NCBI GenBank assembly: GCA_963674705.1
Contig: OY771506.1
Location: forward strand, 512,001-576,000
Source: Phycisphaeraceae bacterium
GTDB taxonomy: Bacteria; Planctomycetota; Phycisphaerae; Phycisphaerales; Phycisphaeraceae
DNA: 64,000 nucleotides
Reading direction: 5' to 3'
How positions within the stretch are numbered: the first letter of the stretch is position 1; each line of letters begins with the position of its first letter. The position numbers were made by a program, and so were the translations under genes. The notes under the pieces were generated by a model that ran no database searches, was not told the origin of the DNA, and saw only the letters and a program-made list of their open reading frames with translations. Shown piece by piece: positions 58,999-64,000 of this stretch.

Positions 58999-59520
58999 AT
59001 GTTGACCTTACTGACCATAATCACCCGCATTCTTACCCGGATACTGGAATGCGTTGTGATCCTGGCGGTGGCGATGCTCGCGATTGACGTCCTCTGGGGT
59101 GTTTTTTCCCGCTATGTGCTTGGTAATCAGAGCACGTGGACCGAACCGTTGGCGACCACATTGCTGGTTTGGGTATCGCTGCTGGGTGGGGCTCTGGCCT
59201 ACGGAGATCGCTCGCACCTGGGCGTTGACTACTTCGTCAACCTGCTTGACCCGGATGCACGAAGGTTAAACCGGGTCCTGGTTCAACTGTTTGTGATTGG
59301 TTTCTCGCTGCTGGTCATGGTTTGGGGCGGCTGGTGCCTGGTGGCTGAACGTCTCGCTTCGGGACAGATCGTACAAGGTTTGTTTGGTCTGCCTCGCGGT
59401 TACGTTTACCTCGCAGTGCCGATCAGCGGTGTGTTCATCACTATCTACGCTGTCGCCCAACTCAGCCAGGCCTTGAAAGGCGAAAAAACTACCTTCGATC
59501 AAGATTTGCAGGAAGTGTAA
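58999..59520 (+). CDS. dctQ: TRAP transporter small permease
   Basis: VFSRYV, WTE and HLGVD; four TM segments. Confidence 0.9.
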   Translation: MLTLLTIITRILTRILECVVILAVAMLAIDVLWGVFSRYVLGNQSTWTEPLATTLLVWVSLLGGALAYGDRSHLGVDYFVNLLDPDARRLNRVLVQLFVIGFSLLVMVWGGWCLVAERLASGQIVQGLFGLPRGYVYLAVPISGVFITIYAVAQLSQALKGEKTTFDQDLQEV

Positions 59521-59523
59521 GCC

Positions 59524-60897
59524 GTGGAAGTCGAAGCAGTCCTCCTGATCGTCGTGTTCGTCACGTGTCTGTTAATGGACGTGCCGATTGCTTTTGCGAT
59601 CGCAGTTGCAACATTCACTGCGATTCTGGCGCTAGGCGAAGTTTCTACTGAACAACAGGTCGCTTGGAAGATGGCCGAAGGCATCGAGAGCTTCCCGCTG
59701 CTGGCGATCCCGTTCTTTATCCTCGCCGGTAACCTGATGGGTGAGGGCGGCATGGCTAAACGTTTGATGAACCTGGCCAGCTCGCTACTGGGCTGGTTGC
59801 CAGGTGGATTAGCCTATGTCAACACACTCACCTGTATGCTCTTCGGGTCGATCTCCGGTTCCGCTGCCGCGGCGATTTCCTCGATCGGCGGGTTCATGAT
59901 CCCCGAGATGAAGCAGCGGGGATACCACAAAGACTTCTCCACCGCACTGACCACCACCGCTGCGACCACCGGCCTGCTGATCCCACCGTCAAATATCATG
60001 ATCGTCTATGCGGCAGTTGCAGAGAGCACTTCCGTCGCAGCAATATTTATGGCCGGCGTGCTACCCGGTATCGTAGTCGGACTGTTGATTATGGCCGTGT
60101 GCTTGATTTTAAGCATCACAGCTAAGTACGGGGCTGGTGATTGGCCAGGCATAAAACAACTACTCAGAGACGTTGTGTGGGCTACTCCAAGCCTTCTACT
60201 GATATTGATTGTCATTGGCGGGATACTCGGCGGGATATTCAGTGCCACCGAGGCCGCAGCTATTGCCGTCATCTACGCGTTCTTTATCCCGGCTATGCAC
60301 TGGGGATTAGAATGCATTTCCCAAGCGCTTCATGACAAGACGTTGTATGAGATCAGCATAATCGACGACGCCGTCGTCCGATCTCGAGCATGGCTCATAA
60401 AAATGCCGGATATCCTACTTAAAACCGGCAAAACCAATGCCATCGTCATGTTGCTGATCGGTGCAAGCCAAGCGATGGGCTGGTTCCTCAACTTCGAGCA
60501 GATCCCTCAACAGATTAGTACCAGATTGTTAGCTATATCCGACAATCCGATCGTGATCCTGCTGATCATCAACCTGGTACTGCTAGTAGTCGGAACATTC
60601 TTGGACATGACACCAGCAGTGTTGATCTTTACACCCATCTTTCTGCCCGTGGTGGTTAAACTTGGCATGCATCCTGTGCACTTCGGAATTGTGATGATCG
60701 CCAATTTATGCATCGGGCTATGTACACCGCCGGTTGGAACATGCCTGTTCCTCGGATGTTCGGTAGGAAATACAACAATCGCACGTGTCTCACGTTCTAT
60801 GCTTCCTTTCTATTTAGCAATGTTAATTGCACTACTATTGATCACTTTCATCCCATCACTGGCAATGTGGCTACCGGCCTTGTTGGAGCAGATCTAA
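59524..60897 (+). CDS. dctM: TRAP transporter large permease
   Basis: LLAIPFFILAGNLM, FGSISGSA, IPPS, ATEAAA and CTPPVG. Confidence 0.93.
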   Translation: MEVEAVLLIVVFVTCLLMDVPIAFAIAVATFTAILALGEVSTEQQVAWKMAEGIESFPLLAIPFFILAGNLMGEGGMAKRLMNLASSLLGWLPGGLAYVNTLTCMLFGSISGSAAAAISSIGGFMIPEMKQRGYHKDFSTALTTTAATTGLLIPPSNIMIVYAAVAESTSVAAIFMAGVLPGIVVGLLIMAVCLILSITAKYGAGDWPGIKQLLRDVVWATPSLLLILIVIGGILGGIFSATEAAAIAVIYAFFIPAMHWGLECISQALHDKTLYEISIIDDAVVRSRAWLIKMPDILLKTGKTNAIVMLLIGASQAMGWFLNFEQIPQQISTRLLAISDNPIVILLIINLVLLVVGTFLDMTPAVLIFTPIFLPVVVKLGMHPVHFGIVMIANLCIGLCTPPVGTCLFLGCSVGNTTIARVSRSMLPFYLAMLIALLLITFIPSLAMWLPALLEQI

Positions 60898-61041
60898 ATG
60901 TAGGCCAAGAATGTCTCTGTGTCTGGAATGGCCATATTGTCTCGTATTTTCACGTAAATACTGATTTATAACATCTCAATCCTATCACTACTGTCAGCCA
61001 TTGAAATCAGGTAATCGATTCGCAAGATCCCAGTCAGGATC

Positions 61042-61308
61042 ATGAAGCGGGACGGACAGGTTCTCGACGAAGATGGCGTGTACAGGAAGTTCATGGGCAG
61101 CCACGTCAAGAGCTTCGACATGACCGATCCCGGCCGACTTCGCTTTTTCGACATCTTTGCCAATCGCCTCAACACCCGACGGGCCATCCGCGAGATTGTG
61201 ATCCCGGAGATTAATTTGCTTAGAGATGAGGTTGGTGACCTGCGAGAGCTGGTCCAGCGGCTCGTCGAACTTTTTCAAAAGAAAAATGGTGACTTGGATG
61301 ATCAGTGA
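61042..61308 (+). CDS. Hypothetical protein (possibly the 3' remnant of a longer gene)
   Basis: 88-aa ORF with a coiled-coil-like C-terminus, convergent with and overlapping the fic stop; no recognised motif. Confidence 0.35.
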   Translation: MKRDGQVLDEDGVYRKFMGSHVKSFDMTDPGRLRFFDIFANRLNTRRAIREIVIPEINLLRDEVGDLRELVQRLVELFQKKNGDLDDQ

Positions 61309-62822
61309 AGAGGTTCGACGCCATACGCACCACTCACAGCCTGTTCCAGTCCCGACACCTCTTCGTCGGTAAGCATGTCGAAGTGGCTACGGCGCTTACC
61401 CCCCGACAGTCGGCCGTGATTCTGAAGACAAAGATGGATAAACAGATCGATCTGGCGATCTGGCATATCCACAATGTCCTGGATCGCGGCCTTGGCGCGA
61501 TCGTAGCTGATGAGGAAGTTCAGCTCGTCGGTCAGTTCAGCGTCGATGGTTTTCTCGATGAACGCAAACAGTGCCTCCACCTGTGGCGTCATGTCGATGA
61601 AGCGATACCAGGTGACCGTCTCATTGTGGACAGTCATCTGACCCGCTTCGTCCAGCGTGTATTCCACAAGAGGCAAGAGCGGCCGGGAGAATGCTTCCAG
61701 CGATGCGTCATAGTCCAGTGGGTTTTTCAGCATCGCAGCCGAGACGGGGAACATCAGCCCTTCGGGCGTGTAGCCAGATCGAGCGAGTATGTTGTGGATG
61801 AGGAATCGGTGGATGCGACCGTTGCCATCTTCGAATGGGTGCATGAACACGAACCCGTAGGCAATAAGGGCCGCGTGAACGACTGGGTGGACACCTACGT
61901 TGTCCATCCGATCATGCGTTTCGAGCAACCCAGCCATCAAGACGTGAATGTCATTCGGCTTCGGGCAGACGTAGTGAACGCGCTCGGATTGGTAGGATAC
62001 CGTTTCGCCAACGTAGTTCTGGCTGGTTCGGTAATCGGCATCGGCGAAGCGAGGGTCGACGGTGCGGTTCTGCAGATCAATCAGACGATGTTTCTCACAG
62101 AAGTCCTCGGTCTCAGCCAATTGCAGTAACGAGACGAAACGCTCGGCACGGCTCGCATCGGGCTTGATGTTCTCGATCTCGAAAGACGACTTCGTTTCTT
62201 TCGTGTAAAGGTAACTCAATGCACGCTTGAGTAGCTCCGGCGGGTAGTCACCGAGTATTGCCTGGCATCGCTTTTTGAGGTCGGCGTTCAACCAGTGGTT
62301 GACGGCTTCGGTCCGCCGAACGATCGGACAGAATTCAGTGCTGCCGAGGAGGTTGTCGTTGACCGCATGTCGACCGCTCTTGGTTGGTGTCTTCGCCGTG
62401 ATGTATTGCTCGGATTCCAGCAGGTCGATGTACCGACAGCCCTTGATGTCATCGATGGGCAACTTGGTGTTGGTCATCCACTCGTAGAGATACCAGATGC
62501 GTCGCGCGTACTTGCCGTTCGGCTTGGACTGGATGTAGGCAGCAATTTGCGCCGCATCGGTGGCGTCGAAGACCGCCGAGAGTATGGCCAAATTCACGCC
62601 GTCGTACTTGAGGGCGAATTCCAGATGATCTCCCAAGCCGTCCCCGGGCCAGTACGTTGCGGGATAGACTTCACGGACCGTGGTCGGGTTCGAATCAATC
62701 CGGCGGCCCGTCGCGACATACGACTCGTGCCAGTTTGGCATCGCCTGGAGACCGAGCATGGCAGCGAGGGCGGCGTAGCCCGCTGGCCGTTCTTCACGCG
62801 ATGTGGTTATGTTCGTAACCAT
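61302..62822 (-). CDS. Fic family protein
   Basis: Canonical HPFEDGNGRIHR motif; ETKSSFEIE; 506 aa. Confidence 0.93.
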   Translation of the reverse strand: MVTNITTSREERPAGYAALAAMLGLQAMPNWHESYVATGRRIDSNPTTVREVYPATYWPGDGLGDHLEFALKYDGVNLAILSAVFDATDAAQIAAYIQSKPNGKYARRIWYLYEWMTNTKLPIDDIKGCRYIDLLESEQYITAKTPTKSGRHAVNDNLLGSTEFCPIVRRTEAVNHWLNADLKKRCQAILGDYPPELLKRALSYLYTKETKSSFEIENIKPDASRAERFVSLLQLAETEDFCEKHRLIDLQNRTVDPRFADADYRTSQNYVGETVSYQSERVHYVCPKPNDIHVLMAGLLETHDRMDNVGVHPVVHAALIAYGFVFMHPFEDGNGRIHRFLIHNILARSGYTPEGLMFPVSAAMLKNPLDYDASLEAFSRPLLPLVEYTLDEAGQMTVHNETVTWYRFIDMTPQVEALFAFIEKTIDAELTDELNFLISYDRAKAAIQDIVDMPDRQIDLFIHLCLQNHGRLSGGKRRSHFDMLTDEEVSGLEQAVSGAYGVEPLH

Positions 62823-62835
62823 GGCTTTCCCGTTG

Positions 62836-62996
62836 AAAACGTTCGTCCGGGGAGATTATCGTCCGCTATGGGGGCCTTGGCAAGAAAAACGTTCGCGCAG
62901 AACTCGTAATGTCCGCAGAATCGGTCTTCCTGTGCGAAAATATCCGCACGGATACTAAAACGTTCGTTTTATGGGTGGTACCCATGAAAACGTTCG
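62836..62996. repeat. Four copies of AAAACGTTCG upstream of fic
   Basis: Exact 10-mers at 62836, 62886, 62957 and 62987; hairpin ATGGGT-GGT-ACCCAT at 62971-62985. Confidence 0.75.
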
Positions 62997-63009
62997 GGCC
63001 GCCACCACC

Positions 63010-63028
63010 TGCAAGGATTCGTACAAGC
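63010..63028 (+). repeat. Putative integrase arm-type site
   Basis: TGCAAGGATTCGTACAAGC, identical to 30064-30082 and 63293-63311. Confidence 0.75.
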
Positions 63029-63086
63029 CCCCGGAAGTAATGCCATAAGTCACTATATGAAAGAATCTTAGAACCGTGGGCGTTTG

Positions 63087-63134
63087 GCCTTCCAAGCTGA
63101 ATGTTGAGGGTTCGAGTCCCTTCGCCCGCTTTCC
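63087..63134 (+). repeat. attR core (48 bp; displaced 3' half of tRNA-Gly)
   Basis: Identical to 29857-29904; the upstream sequence lacks the tRNA 5' half. Confidence 0.95.
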
Positions 63135-64000
63135 CTAACCGACCTGACGATCAACGCCTTGTGCTGCCAAACGGCGACACGAGGCGTCTTTGTTTCGCCC
63201 ACGTCGCGAGTTACGGCCAGGCCGCACCACCAGGCCAACGCCACCCGGTCGCCAACACACGCCAACATGTGCCACCGTCGGCCTACCATCCTTGCAAGGA
63301 TTCGTACAAGCGCCCGAAACCACGTGCAAGGTTTTGTGCAAGGCCCCGCAACACCAACGCTGGCCGTATACCTAAGCCATTTAGCGCATGATGCGCACAG
63401 ACAGGCGGATTGGGCATAATACTTCAGAAGGCCCGAAGTTTTCTCTACTCCCATTGTGGCTGAGCGTTAGCGTAGTCACGCCCTTGTGGTGCGACGGTTT
63501 TGAGCGCATACTTGCGTTGTTCCAACCATATATAGAGACCCATTTTCTAGGGGCACTGATTTCAGAACGGGGCCGCCATGAGCACACAGCCACACCGTGT
63601 CTTCACCATTGGTTTTGCCGGCAAGTCGGCGGAACAGTTCTTCACGATCCTCAAAGACGCAGGTGTTCAACGCGTGCTTGATGTGCGGCTATACAACAGC
63701 TCGCAACTTGCCGGTTACACCAAGAACAGCGACCTGCCGTTCTTCCTGCGAACCATCGTTGGCGCGGGATACATCCATCTGCCCGCATTTGCACCGACCA
63801 AGCAGCTTCTGAATGGCTATAAGAAGGGTGAGTACTCTTGGCCCGAATACGAACGAGAATACGCAGCCATCCTTGAACACCGCCAACCCCACCGTGACCT
63901 GAACCCGGAACAGCTCGATAGCGGCTGCCTGCTCTGCGCCGAACCGAACGCTGATCAGTGTCATCGGCGATTAGCTGCCGAATACCTGCAACGGGTTTGG
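63135..64000. mobile_element. Probable left end of a second, related element integrated in tandem
   Basis: 63135-63343 is homologous to the first element's left arm (29905-30114), including the arm motifs, and is followed by a different first gene. Confidence 0.65.
63578..64000 (+). CDS. DUF488 family protein (3'-partial, not in the ORF track)
   Basis: Manual translation: MSTQPHRVFTIGFAGKSAEQFFTILKDAGVQRVLDVRLYNSSQLAGY...CLLCAEPNADQCHRRLAAEYL; open to the window end. Confidence 0.88.
   Translation, partial: MSTQPHRVFTIGFAGKSAEQFFTILKDAGVQRVLDVRLYNSSQLAGYTKNSDLPFFLRTIVGAGYIHLPAFAPTKQLLNGYKKGEYSWPEYEREYAAILEHRQPHRDLNPEQLDSGCLLCAEPNADQCHRRLAAEYLQRVW

Larger units (their letters stand above)
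29857..63134. mobile_element. 33.2-kb integrative element (integrase/primase/AlpA core, satellite- or IME-like) in tRNA-Gly
   Basis: Exact 48-bp direct repeat of the tRNA 3' half at both ends; encodes a tyrosine integrase, Prim-Pol primase, AlpA and cargo genes. Confidence 0.93.

Noticed and set aside
62836..62996. Possible CRISPR array
   Set aside because: The repeat is only 10 bp, spacing is irregular (50, 71, 30 bp) and no cas genes are in the window.
63087..63130. Second tRNA-Gly gene
   Set aside because: Only the 3' half is present; there is no 5' acceptor strand or D arm. It is attR.
29857..63134. Prophage or conjugative ICE
   Set aside because: No structural, terminase, lysis, relaxase or type IV secretion genes were recognised.

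Overview
Bacterial genomic window. Planctomycetota, probably Phycisphaerae, is inferred from the H-X9-DG prepilin-like gene, the dockerin-like/PEP-CTERM proteins and the many Tat-exported sugar oxidoreductases. The left part (1-29.8 kb) is host chromosome. It holds an S41 peptidase, acyP, a GH2 beta-mannosidase, uxaC and a sulfatase. A 12.6-kb locus follows with an MFS permease, DUF1080, three Tat Gfo/Idh/MocA oxidoreductases, two Tat TIM-barrel isomerases, two ApbE flavin transferases, a membrane CxxCH cytochrome and a YceI-FGE fusion. Next is an operon of an SSS transporter, a Cys-less AsnB-like ligase, a TPR lipoprotein and a membrane Zn-ribbon/TOPRIM-like protein, then a large DUF4132-type gene and its partner. 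A 33.2-kb integrative element sits in tRNA-Gly(TCC) (29829-29900), bounded by a 48-bp direct repeat (29857-29904 / 63087-63134). Its core is a tyrosine integrase, Prim-Pol/DUF3987 primase, AlpA, HTH regulators and a candidate iteron origin, with no visible capsid or conjugation genes. Its cargo is a uronate-polysaccharide utilisation locus (kduI, kduD, GH105, BNR-4 protein, PEP-CTERM proteins, XylR-type regulator, SDR, uxuA, GH115, TRAP) with a three-copy operator/promoter motif, plus a Fic gene. A second, related element appears to begin immediately after attR. All family assignments come from motif recognition by eye; no database searches were run.
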